DNA from: Octopus bimaculoides
Lineage: Eukaryota
NCBI RefSeq assembly: GCF_001194135.2
Contig: NC_068981.1
Location: 167,897,324-167,961,323 of the forward strand
DNA: 64,000 nucleotides
Direction of reading: 5' to 3'
Position numbers and translations under genes: made by a program. The notes under the pieces were generated by a model. The model saw nothing but the letters and a program-made list of their open reading frames with translations, ran no database searches and was not told the origin of the DNA. Positions 13,355-26,459 of this stretch are shown one piece after another. The stretch's first letter is position 1. Each line of letters starts with the position of its first letter.

Positions 13355-13428
<74 letters not shown>

Positions 13429-13445
13429 TAATAATAATAATAATG

Positions 13446-13507
<62 letters not shown>
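13355..13507. repeat. (AAT)n microsatellite
   Basis: Direct reading. Confidence 0.97.
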
Positions 13508-13508
<1 letters not shown>

Positions 13509-14003
13509 GCTGACGATATGTGCATCTCTGATCGGTATAAAAGATGGGCTACAGAAAATATTCTGCTTAATACCACAGATTTGCTTGTCAGTTGTTTGAC
13601 CTTAACCAGTTGAGCATGTCCCTTAGTGGCTGATAATATGTGCATCTCTGGTTACGAGTAGAAGTAGTGAGAGAGCATCATAGCCATGTGTTGAGAGGAA
13701 TTGTTTAGAGTTTGAATAATTCACCTTTGGAAACATGGGTGTTTTGCTCAACACCATTAAACAAACTTTATTCAGGGACCTTTTGGGCGGGATGGGCCAC
13801 TCGACCTGAAGAAAATTCTAACTGGGCCCCACCTGCGAAGTCATGGGCTGTTTATCTTGATATGAGATCACCATGTCGCGTACATATGGTTGTGATGCAT
13901 GTGCCTGGTGTACCCTTATCAGACGGGTAGTCATGATGGGTATAATGGGTTTCGTATATTTTACCCCAGTGTCACTTTGATGGCATGCACTGCTCTCTCA
14001 CTC
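13508..14003 (+). mobile_element. Non-coding retroelement 3' segment (LINE 3' UTR or SINE-like) embedded between two (AAT)n tracts
   Basis: A GC-richer 496-bp block with sharp (AAT)n borders on both sides. The motif ggctga..atatgtgcatctctg recurs at 13508 and 13628. Confidence 0.6.
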
Positions 14004-14061
<58 letters not shown>

Positions 14062-14607
14062 TTTTTTCTAAATTTTGGTGCAATACCAGTTATGTTGAAG
14101 GGAAGGGCAAATCGATTACTTGACCGATACTTTGTTTTATTGATACCGAAAGGATAAAAAGTAATCTGATCTCGGCGGAATATGAACTCAAGGATAAATG
14201 ACAAAGATGACCTCTTCGAAATATACACGCTAAAGTGCGATGTAGAGTGGTAAACTGAATATTGTACACAACAAATTTTACCTATTTATCTTTCATACAA
14301 CTACACATATTCCCCCATACCTACAAATATACATTTACTCTGGGAGGACTATTTTTCGTGAAACGGATCTATATGAAGATACGTAATTATATTTGTTTAC
14401 TTTTCCATAGCTAAGGCTTTCAAATAATTAATTCTACAGAGTTGTCTACTTTACACATGTTTCAGGTATTTTGAATTATACTATGTTTTAAGTTCAAAAC
14501 CCACTTAGACTCCCTTTGCGTTTCATCTATTAATGGTCAAGATAAGTAGCGAGATGGATGGTATTTGATTGTTTTCTTCAAGACAAGACCGAGAGAAGAT
14601 GAGAGAG

Positions 14608-14616
14608 AACACAGCG

Positions 14617-14698
<82 letters not shown>

Positions 14699-14700
14699 GT
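14608..14700. repeat. (AGAT)n tetranucleotide repeat
   Basis: Direct reading. Confidence 0.95.
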
Positions 14701-14839
14701 AGATAGGCAGACAGGCAGACAGACGACAGGCAGAAAATTAAACAACTTTAAATATTGAACTGATTGTATCGAAAATTTATACCAGTTAACACCACTGTAC
14801 GGATATATATGCAACAGCATGTACTTCCGTGTATGTATA

Positions 14840-14896
<57 letters not shown>

Positions 14897-16565
14897 CCCA
14901 TACCTATATATACATATATACCTACAAATACATATATCTACAAATGCATATATATTTATATATATATATATAAACACACATGCATACATGCGTACATACA
15001 TACATACAAGCATACATGCATACATACATACATACATACATACATGCATACATGCATATATTTGTGTGTTAATTGGTGCATATCTTCAATAGAATCAGTT
15101 TAATGTCTAATAGTGTGTAATTATCAGGTAAAACTGATGAGTGTGCTCTGTCGTATGTATTGGTTTCACATACATTTTACATCTAAGAGAAAGCGGGAAG
15201 AAACGAAGAAAAATTAGGCAGACGATATAGGGAAGCGGTAGTAAAATGCAAAAGTAATACATACAACAGCACACGCTCATTAGTCTTTGCTGATAATTAA
15301 ACTCAACTCAGACATTAAACTTATTCTAACAAAGCTTTATAGCAATTAACATCATTACACTGATTGCTTTAATAAATTTTTAGCAGTAATTAGTAAGCTG
15401 CTCTTCTTTAGTTCCTCCCACTAAAATAGAAGGATATCCCCACCAATAGTGGGCATTTGATTACTAAACAATCTGTGTTCCTCTTTGAATGCTAATTTCA
15501 CATAAGATAATGAATGATAGCTGTTTACAAGGCTCCACTCACATCATTAATCGTTCCCAATCACCAGCTTTGTAAATGTATCACACAAGAATAACTGAAT
15601 GGATCTCAGTGTAATTTCGACACGTTTCCACTTGTTCGATCAACATAATTATCATCTCATCAAATAAAACAGAATGTGATTGAGTATTTCACAGTCCGTT
15701 GTACTCTTAACCCTTTGCCTGTCTAAAACATTTTAATAAGGTTGTCCTACACGTCAATGCTTGTTACATACGTTCTCAGTAAGTCCAAAGTTATTCTGAT
15801 GGTTGAAAGAAAACAGATATTCAAAAGCTACTTACTTCATGGTAACGAAATAACTTATTTTATTGACTCCATGAAAAATATAAAAAGCAATGCTTATCTC
15901 TGTAGAATTTAAACTCAGAGCGGTGTGAACCAGAACAAATACTGCAAGACATTTTGTCCCAGGTTCAAATGCTTCTGTCATTTCGCCTCGTGCTTGCTAA
16001 ATTTGGTAGATATTAAATCAACTGACGGAGAAAGCCTCTACAATGTTCTTGAAATACAATTAAATCTCCCTCCAATAAAATTCTATAGATTTGGAAAATT
16101 AAGGATACATTTCATGATATACTCCGGGATTTACTAAATTTGAAGTTTCGAAGAAACGAAAAAGCATTGTCATCAATACTGGAGTGTCTTTGGTCATAGG
16201 TCTGCTGGTTCATTACTGATCTGAAGCTAAGCAACAACAACTTTGACATCCAACACTATCTTTATTATCCAGTAAATTATGAAAATATTTTGATAATTGA
16301 AATTGAGAATGCGAACTGGTTAGCAGCAATTTAATTAACAACCATTAAATTTAACCTCATGTCTGTGTATACAACAAGATCTTGCGTAGGAGATGAAATT
16401 CCCTTTCCATCTATTACGCAATTATCTGAAACTCATGTTTTAAATGCATTCGAAATATCATTGCTTGTTTTGGTTTTATTATTATAGATTATACGATTCT
16501 TTGTCAGTACAAGCTGTTATAGTATTCATATATACTCCTGGGAGATGTTACATATATGTATATTC

Positions 16566-16599
<34 letters not shown>

Positions 16600-16929
16600 N
16601 NNNNNNNNNNNNNNNNNNNNNNNNNNNNNNNNNNNNNNNNNNNNNNNNNNNNNNNNNNNNNNNNNNNNNNNNNNNNNNNNNNNNNNNNNNNNNNNNNNNN
16701 NNNNNNNNNNNNNNNNNNNNNNNNNNNNNNNNNNNNNNNNNNNNNNNNNNNNNNNNNNNNNNNNNNNNNNNNNNNNNNNNNNNNNNNNNNNNNNNNNNNN
16801 NNNNNNNNNNNNNNNNNNNNNNNNNNNNNNNNNNNNNNNNNNNNNNNNNNNNNNNNNNNNNNNNNNNNNNNNNNNNNNNNNNNNNNNNNNNNNNNNNNNN
16901 NNNNNNNNNTATATATATATATATATATA

Positions 16930-18218
16930 AAACTTAGATATGTTTCCACCAAAGGCTGGTCCAGGCTATTTCTAACTTAATAACACCACTTGACAGGATT
17001 CGCTAAATCGTTTTTAAGTCAAGTTTTGTGGTATCATAGTCCATTTGAGTGAGTCGTATCCAAGTATAGGGGGCTTATCTGGTACTGTTAGAAGAAATTT
17101 GTCCAGATTTCGTTTAAAAGTGATGGGAACCTTTCCCTCTTTGATCTATTATGGGACAATGTTAAATAGGGAAGGGCCTGTTGAGGAAAAGACATTGTGC
17201 TGCAGTATATCTATGTATTGTGATCATGAATTGAGTAGGGGACGTATGGCCCGTGGTCCTAGCCTTGGATGAATTTCGAAGCTAATGCTGAGGTAGTTTG
17301 GGCAATGCTGGTGGTATATCCTCCTCACGGCGGCACTGGAGAGAATAAAGTTTCAATGCTGTAAGGTGATCCCAATAATTAAGATTAGTCATACCCTTAA
17401 TTCTTTTAGTGAATGTCCTCCGGGGTACTTCAATTTTCGAAATGTTTTGTTTTGTATGTGAAGACCAAAGGGGACAGTATTCGAGGTGTGGCCGTACAAA
17501 GGAAGAGAAAAGAGGAATGATGATACTTTGTTCTCTGGACCGGAAGGTTCTTAGGATCCAGGAACTCATCCTAGGAACTATATCGACCTTATTGTTGATG
17601 TGGGCAATCCAGCTGAGATTGTTGTCAAAAATTACTCCTAGGTCTCTGATATTATTAGATGTTGTGAGAGGCTCCCCTGAAGTAAGAAAGTATGGCTGTT
17701 TTAGCATAGTCTTTCCTGTCTTCCCATTGGCTCACAGCATATAGATCAAACCGGAGTTGAGTTTGGTCTTCTCCATTGATAATTTTCTGGAGCTTAGAAT
17801 CATCAGCGAGTATTTTCACTTTGCTCTGTTTTATGACGCTGGGAAGGTCGTGTATATAGACTATAAAGACAGTCCCATGAAGGACACCATTGGTGACTTT
17901 TGCTGGGCTTGATTGGATTTCACCGATCACAACATGTTGTGTTCTGTTCTCCAGGAAACACTCAATCCAGTATAGAAGTTTTCCACGGATTCCAACATTT
18001 GACATTGGATATTGTGGTCGACTATGTCGAACGCTTTACTGAAGTCAAGATATATGACATCAAAGCTCAAACTTGATCCCAAGGCTTTAAGGACATCATC
18101 GATGAGATACAAGAGCTGTGTTAGACCGTTCCTGCAGCAGTGACACCATGGTTTGAATTTAGAAGATTCTGGTTCTCCAGTAAACCAGCTATCCTTGATC
18201 TCATCAGACTTTCATATC
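16930..18218 (-). mobile_element. CR1-like LINE, 5'-truncated, decayed RT and C-terminus
   Basis: - strand frames give ESLMRSRI..LENQNLLNSN-HG, LTQLL..DD, VIYLDFSKAFDIVDH, GV.HGTV, ILADDSKL, IRDLGVIFDNNLSW..HI, FVRPHLEYC, HPRLG and FKRNLDKFL..VPDKP, with several frameshifts. Confidence 0.9.
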
Positions 18219-20159
18219 TGTATATATATATATATATATCAGCAAATATATATATATCTGTGTGTGTACAAGTATTCATACACACACACATACTCACTTG
18301 TATATATGTATATATGTTACGTTAATGTTTTTGTCTATATATGCATAAAAAATTATTGCTAAGATAATTTATGTATGGACTATTTAAAATATTGACTAGA
18401 AATGGCTAAGCGTTAGAGAAGGAAAACAATCGTTGCCAGTGATTAATATATTCGTTTTTAAGAGGAAAATTATGGGAGATAACTCCGGACATGTTTCGGT
18501 TCTTAGTTTGACATCTTCAGGGATACATAAACTTTAAGCGAGGTTTTATACTTCACCGAAGTAGTGATGAAAAAAACTCACTAGAATGTATATCTGTTGG
18601 CTTAGAGAAACAGAGTTGCTTAGGAATGACAGAGCCTAAGAAACAAGTAACGAAGATTGCTGCAAAATTACATCAGCTGTCATCAAAATTGTCCGACTTC
18701 GAAAACTAGTGGTGGGGGAAAGACAGAGGAAAATAAGAAAGGAAAAATATAGCATAATATATAACAAGGAACCTTATCAATCAATGACAGCACTCGTTTA
18801 CCCGAACGCTAACAATAACAACAGAAGCCATAGCTACGATAACATTTCTGAGCTTATGTTATCAGTTTGTTTTGTTGTGGAGTATTTTATTTATATATTT
18901 TTTGCATAAATTAATTCTTCATAGATTTTTCATAAGAGCACACTCCCACCCCNNNNNNNNNNNNNNNNNNNNNNNNNNNNNNNNNNNNNNNNNNNNNNNN
19001 NNNNNNNNNNNNNNNNNNNNNNNNNNNNNNNNNNNNNNNNNNNNNNNNNNNNNNNNNNNNNNNNNNNNNNNNNNNNNNNNNNNNNNNNNNNNNNNNNNNN
19101 NNNNNNNNNNNNNNNNNNNNNNNNNNNNNNNNNNNNNNNNNNNNNNNNNNNNNNNNNNNNNNNNNNNNNNNNNNNNNNNNNNNNNNNNNNNNNNNNNNNN
19201 NNNNNNNNNNNNNNNNNNNNNNNNNNNNNNNNNNNNNNNNNNNNNNNNNNNNNNNNNNNNNNNNNNNNNNNNNNNNNNNNNNNNNNNNNNNNNNNNNNNN
19301 NNNNNNNNNNNNNNNNNNNNNNNNNNNNNNNNNNNNNNNNNNNNNNNNNNNNNNNNNNNNNNNNNNNNNNNNNNNNNNNNNNNNNNNNNNNNNNNNNNNN
19401 NNNNNNNNNNNNNNNNNNNNNNNNNNNNNNNNNNNNNNNNNNNNNNNNNNNNNNNNNNNNNNNNNNNNNNNNNNNNNNNNNNNNNNNNNNNNNNNNNNNN
19501 NNNNNNNNNNNNNNNNNNNNNNNNNNNNNNNNNNNNNNNNNNNNNNNNNNNNNNNNNNNNNNNNNNNNNNNNNNNNNNNNNNNNNNTATATATATATATA
19601 TTCCATTTTCTTAGATGTGCCGTATTATTTTATTCATTTTGCTTTTTTTTTGCTATAATTACCTTTGACTATGTCTTTTAATATTTTCTTTTACTCTTCC
19701 CAGATTTCTTTACATTTCTCAACTCCCCTCCACTCACTACCCACATTCGAATGAACAAAGACACTGGTTATTGCAGACGTATTTCAACATCTATCTATGT
19801 ATAGCTATAGACCTAAGGCTTCATCGTTTTGCAATTTTTATTGTCTGTTTTTTTGGTTTTGTTCTTTGTTTTTTGTTTTTTTATTTTACTCTCAATGAGA
19901 TACTGATTTGTTTTTATATTATCCCGAGGCAATTAATGACTTCGAGGTTGATAATGGACAGTGGTTATGATATAGGGAAGTGAAAATAAAAGGGTCAACA
20001 CAGTGTCGAAACTGAAACGTGAGCTTAACTGAACGGAACGGAACGAAAGTGTATATTTGTTCTTTCTCTGTCTCTCTTTCTCCACACACACGCGCACACA
20101 CATACACACACACATACATACATACATACATACATACATACATACATACATACATACAT

Positions 20160-20456
20160 GAGAAACTAGATTTCTCAAAACCAGAAGGAAGAAAGCTGGT
20201 TTGAAGACTACAGATCCAGTCATCACTGAAACTGTAAAAATCTGTAAAACATTCTAGAGGTTTATCATTTAAGTATATATGAACATGCATGCAACTATAT
20301 GCATGATAATAGATGCATAAAAAAACATGCAAACCTGCACATATACATACCCTGTTGATGTTGTTGAAATTACAATGAAGGAGCCCTGGATCTAGATTAG
20401 AAACCGGTTCTTTTTCTAGTGGCAAGAAATCTTGAAATAAAAGTTAACCATGACAT
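20160..20456 (+). mobile_element. R4/Dong-like REL LINE 3' fragment
   Basis: Encodes EKLDFSK...LQIQ..TETVKICKTF.RFII*. Its 3' UTR motif agaaaccgg is shared with other copies, and it is preceded by (CATA)n. Confidence 0.75.
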
Positions 20457-20563
20457 ATATATATATATAAATGTGTGTGTGTGCGTGTGTATACATTCGC
20501 CATGCTGGACCTCTGAACTCTACAAGTTTTTTTCATTCTCACTCTCTTTATTTTCTCTTATTC

Positions 20564-20690
20564 CTTTCTGTTGAAGAGCGTAGGTTCGAAACGTAAAAGA
20601 CTTTTTCATTTTCCCGAGCGTCAAACTAATATACTTGCTTGTTGTTCATACACCTGTCTTCACCTTTTGATTTTCTATAAATTTCAATTA
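20564..20690 (+). mobile_element. Penelope-like terminal-repeat fragment carrying a minimal type I hammerhead-like motif
   Basis: cttt-CTGTTGA-a-gagc-gtag-gttc-GAAAC-GTA-aaag: stems I and II pair, and the core is canonical except A6->U. Confidence 0.55.
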
Positions 20691-21766
20691 TGTATATAGA
20701 TGGATGGATGGATGGATGGATGGAGGGAGGGATGGATGGACGGATGTATGGATGCATTGATGGATGAGTTGGTATAAAGCCGAATTGCTAACTCAGCTGA
20801 CGAAAATTTAGAATTGTTCAGTACACACCGCTTTTCAGTATAATAATTTTGGGTTGGTATACAAGGATGTACCTTTACGAGGCAGGAAAACGGGAAAACA
20901 AAGATGTCGAGATATGAATGACTTTGACAGGAGTGGCATGAAGGACGTGAATGAAGTGAAGTGATTTTAACGGAGTGATCGAATCCAGATTACTAATTTC
21001 GACCCTCAAGAAACATTTGTCTTCGTCTTAGGCTCACTGTGTTTTATTTATAGTAAATTGGTATATAAGATATAATATGCGTAATATATCTAGGAAGCAT
21101 TAGAAGTCACAGAGAAATGGCAGATTTCTCGAAACTGAACCCCGATATCACTTGGCCAGGAATATATTTCTATCCGATATGTTGATTAAACAAAGCTCCT
21201 AATCAACAAAGAAACTATGTCCTCACGTGATATTAAAAACCAAGCTTGCCTCCAGTCACATCGTTCTGTCTTAAACTAGGAAGTATACATTTGAGAAACT
21301 ACCTCTGAAGAAAAGACAAAATAATCAAAGTTGGAATACCGGTAATTATATAATTGATCTTATTGTTTGCTAGATCTGGATGAGTAGGTAGTAATCGTGG
21401 CCCCTTAAATGCTCTGCAAGGTAAGTGAGATTGATGTCGTTAATGTCCCTTCTTAATCACTGCAAGTCAACATCTTCGTCAAAGGTATGAGTAGGGAGGG
21501 AGTTTAAAGGGGCAGACGTTCTAAGAAGGAAAAATTTATAAATGTGGTTTGTGGGAAACGAAAATTGGACACAAGTGTAATGAAAGAGAGACAAGTAGTT
21601 TGGGAATGTTTAAGTGAAGGTATGAGTTTATTCAGCTATGAGGAGCAAGGTATTTAGTTATTTGCGGCTACAGATGCAGACAGACACTCGTTTCGACATA
21701 ATGTGATACTTCAGTACAGACCGTTACATTATATTTGTAGAATTCAGAAGGAAAATAAAATTAGAT

Positions 21767-21782
21767 AATAATAATAAATTAG

Positions 21783-21857
<75 letters not shown>
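21767..21857. repeat. (AAT)n microsatellite
   Basis: Direct reading. Confidence 0.95.
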
Positions 21858-21860
<3 letters not shown>

Positions 21861-22414
21861 GGACCTATATACACNNNNNNNNNNNNNNNNNNNNNNNNNN
21901 NNNNNNNNNNNNNNNNNNNNNNNNNNNNNNNNNNNNNNNNNNNNNNNNNNNNNNNNNNNNNNNNNNNNNNNNNNNNNNNNNNNNNNNNNNNNNNNNNNNN
22001 NNNNNNNNNNNNNNNNNNNNNNNNNNNNNNNNNNNNNNNNNNNNNNNNNNNNNNNNNNNNNNNNNNNNNNNNNNNNNNNNNNNNNNNNNNNNNNNNNNNN
22101 NNNNNNNNNNNNNNNNNNNNNNNNNNNNNNNNNNNNNNNNNNNNNNNNNNNNNNNNNNNNNNNNNNNNNNNNNNNNNNNNNNNNNNNNNNNNNNNNNNNN
22201 NNNNNNNNNNNNNNNNNNNNNNNNNNNNNNNNNNNNNNNNNNNNNNNNNNNNNNNNNNNNNNNNNNNNNNNNNNNNNNNNNNNNNNNNNNNNNNNNNNNN
22301 NNNNNNNNNNNNNNNNNNNNNNNNNNNNNNNNNNNNNNNNNNNNNNNNNNNNNNNNNNNNNNNNNNNNNNNNNNNNNNNNNNNNNNNNNNNNNNNNNNNN
22401 NNNNNNNNNNNNNN

Positions 22415-22475
<61 letters not shown>

Positions 22476-22962
22476 ATATATATATATACGCGCGCGCGTT
22501 GGTTGAAGGGAATCTGTTTAGAGGTCGAGTCACATCAAAGTGAACCAGTGAAGCACACAACACTTGATGGCTAGACAGTATAACACAAATCAGCAGATAA
22601 GCATTAGTAAAGAGTTCATCAATGAAGGGAAGGTCATTAGTGTTCGGTAATCTGCAAATCCAAGAGTTTCCCAAAGAAAGTGGAACTTTCAGCGTGGCAT
22701 CATATAATAATAAAGACAAACGAATTGATTACAGGATGTTTTATTATGATTAACATTGTACATTCAGTTATGTAAAACATGCAATAACCTTAAAACGATG
22801 TAACACATTATTACATAGTAACCCACATTATCAAGCAACTATCTGGAGGTCAATATTTGATATGTCACCAGACCGACAGGTTCAACAGCATATAAGGTCG
22901 TTGACCCTGCTGCCGGGCTATGCTATCCAGCGGCACGTAGATATATTCTCTTATGCAGCATA

Positions 22963-23345
22963 CAGGGTGTCCACAAATCTGGGTACATGGGGATTAACAC
23001 ATACTTTTAAAACAAAACAATTTTATTTTATCATAATGTTAATAAGTAATACTTTTAAAAAGATCTCCATCATTTTCAATGCATAACTTGATGCGCCTTG
23101 CAAAACTCAGGTGAACCCAATTAAATAAGTCTACATTGCCATCAATTCCAGCACACTGACTGGTAATGCATTCTCTCATGTGGTTTAAATCTGTAATCTT
23201 TATTGAGTAAACTTTCTCTTTCAACATACCCCAGAAAAAGAAGTCGAGGGGAGAAAGTAAAAAAGGAAAATTATTATTTCTTTTATTTAATTGTTTCTGT
23301 TATGATTTTATTTACGCCATGTACCCAGACTTTGTGGACACTCTG
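22963..23345 (-). mobile_element. Tc1/mariner-family internally deleted element (MITE-like) with TIRs and TA target duplication
   Basis: TIRs CAGGGTGTCCACAAATCTGGGTACATGG and CCATGTACCCAGACTTTGTGGACACTCTG, with TA at 22961-62 and 23346-47. The - strand encodes LSPLDFFFWGMLKEKVY...LCIENDGDLF, a transposase C-terminus. Confidence 0.9.
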
Positions 23346-24459
23346 TAGTGCAGTTTCANNNNNNNNNNGTTTCACTACTGTGTTCTTCAGTATCCTATCA
23401 AGGTTGTGCTTCATACATACCTGCCAGTACGATGTTACAATGTAATAAAATCTCTTAATGAAACTATTGTAGCAATAACGTATAAGTATGATCCATTGTT
23501 TGCCTTTATTGTTCTGTATGTGCAGGGGGTGGGGGTCAATCACCAATTTCAAGTCTTCTAACTTTATATTTATACTTATTTTCATTACTTTGGTAAGACA
23601 GGATATTTCGGCTTTCTTGTATGTCACATGCACTTAATATTTAACCCCTCGTGAGCAACTGCTATTTATAGCTACACTTCATAAGAACCTTTTTTATCTT
23701 TTACTCCGGCTGAAGAAGCGAGTAGTCGCAGCAACGTGTAGATGTCATGCCAGATTACTATCAGATAAATATACTTCCATTATGTTTATATCAGGCTATT
23801 TGATATCTATCCTTTCTAGTGATTTATTTCACTTAAGACATCCTTCGCGGCCCCAGCGTATACGTAATTAATTGTAGAATAATTTCAGTGAATGCATGCT
23901 TCGATTAGTCGGATTAAGATGTTTTGGTGATTATTCACTTCGATAACTGCATTTGAACTAAGTACAGTTACTCATTTAGCATTGTAATGTGTTTATATAT
24001 ATATATATNNNNNNNNNNNNNNNNNNNNNNNNNNNNNNNNNNNNNNNNNNNNNNNNNNNNNNNNNNNNNNNNNNNNNNNNNNNNNNNNNNNNNNNNNNNN
24101 NNNNNNNNNNNNNNNNNNNNNNNNNNNNNNNNNNNNNNNNNNNNNNNNNNNNNNNNNNNNNNNNNNNNNNNNNNNNNNNNNNNNNNNNNNNNNNNNNNNN
24201 NNNNNNNNNNNNNNNNNNNNNNNNNNNNNNNNNNNNNNNNNNNNNNNNNNNNNNNNNNNNNNNNNNNNNNNNNNNNNNNNNNNNNNNNNNNNNNNNNNNN
24301 NNNNNNNNNNNNGTTTTTTTTTGTTGTTTTTCTTTTCATTTGACACCGGTGCATCTTGAAACGTAGTTGTTTAGTGTTTGTCCTTATATTAAAATGTAAA
24401 TGTTTGCGAGTATTTCTGTACTGATCTAGAGATTTCTTATTATAAAAGAGAAAGCAAAG

Positions 24460-24494
<35 letters not shown>

Positions 24495-25444
24495 AATTAG
24501 TGTAGCTTGAAGGGATTTGTAGTATTTGAATGATTCATTCCGTTAGCGTAAGGTATTAGGGGAATTAATTAAAAGATTAATGTATTTTTTACTGCATGGA
24601 TAATATCCTAAATGTAGCTGAAATTGTAAAGGGCAAAGATTATTGTAAAAGTCATATTTTTGCTCCACATTTCCATATACTTTAATTGATAAAGAAATGC
24701 TTGCATCTGAAATATTAATGACTTTTTTCAGAGTATTTTATTATTATAATTTTATCCAATTCGTAATTACATTTTTTCGCTATTTGATCTTTTAGATGCT
24801 GTTTATCGACAAAAACAAACAAAAACGCCATTTTGAAATATATTTAATTAAATCCAATCAATCAAACAATATTTTATTCATTTGTAAAAAAAAAAAAAAA
24901 GTAATGTAAAAATGGCGATGCATAAATGGTAATATCTGTACAGCGGCATATATATGTATATATATATATGGAGAGAGAGAGAAAGAAAAAGAGAGAGAGG
25001 GAGGGAGAGAGAGAGACATACGCTTTATGATGTTATATGCTTTATGATGTTAGATTATGTCGCTTTATGATTTGAGTTCGATTTTCTAATTACTCGGAGG
25101 TCGATTTTTACCTTTTCATCCTTCAAGAATTGATGAAATTAACAATCGAATCAAGAACTAAGTTGAGATAAGAGATAAAGGGTTTTAATCTTAATCGACT
25201 GTGTTCTCCTCGAAATTAATATCCTTGTGTCAATATCATAAATAAGCATTTTCTTAGTTTAAGACGAGTTCACTTTAGTGTGGTGAGCGATTTTATTATC
25301 ATTAAGACTCGTAAGGTCAGTCACCCGGTCTCCATGGCATATAAATTATCGAGATCACAACATTCCGCTGAATGGAACATTGGTCCGTTGTAGGATTCGA
25401 AGCCAGCAATTTTGAGAGGAAAAGACCGAGTCCATCGTAACGAC

Positions 25445-25600
25445 ACCAGTACTTGACTGATTCTTTATTTTATCGACTCCGAAAGGATGAACGGCAATGT
25501 TGACCTCGACAGGATTAGAACTCTGAACGTAAAGCGCCGGAAGAAATGCTGCTGAGCTTTTGTTTCGACGTATTACTAAGCATTTGGTTTGTCGCCTTGT
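25445..25600 (-). mobile_element. SINE family B, diverged
   Basis: tttatcgactccgaaaggatgaacggcaatgttgacctcg ... gtcgcctt. Confidence 0.7.
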
Positions 25601-26459
25601 GGTGAATGATAGAAGAGTTCAAATAGTTCTGCGGTTTGAGACGTTCGTTGATGACCCAGACCTAAAACAAGACATGGACTCTGTCCACCAAACTGGCAAA
25701 ACTCTAGTTAATAATCATACATTGCTTTTCCCTCTGGATATTAGATCGGTGATTTATACTTTTATATTCAACCTATTTGTGGTTTAGTGAACTGAAAGAG
25801 TTTAAGAATCTAAACTACAGACACGTTCCGGCATCAAACAGTGGCCTGTTAACTGCAATATGGACAGTGTATCGACTTGAATAGTTCTGGTTATCAATAT
25901 TACAGGCTAATTTTGCCTTTTCATTTTCCCGGAGTCGATAAAATAAAGTACCAGTCAAGCTAATGAGATCAATTTAACTTAATAATAACCACACACCTAC
26001 CACCTAACACACGCAGACATACGTCTGCGGAAAATATACTCGTCATATATGTGCGCGAGCGGTATACTTGTCATAATAGAAACTTAAAAACGTCGAGAAA
26101 TAAAAGGAAAGCCTAGACAATAATTACATGATAAAATTTAGCTTCCAGAACAATTAAAGCTTCTGGCAGTACAAGGGATTCAATTTCTAGATATAACCAT
26201 TCACATAGAAAATAAAGAGATATATATGTATATGCTTACACAAAATCCACAAATAGATGCATAAACTTATATGGAAACAGTATGTGTCCACACATACAAA
26301 ATATCATTGGTAATATCCTTATTTGGAAGAGCGTTCAGATTCTCCCCGAGTAACGAATCCCATGATAAAGGAATTCACAGAGCAGCCTTGATTAAGCGAA
26401 CTTATTTATGATTGATGACATTCTAGACATAATCATTCCTACTTTTTTTGTCTTTTAGT

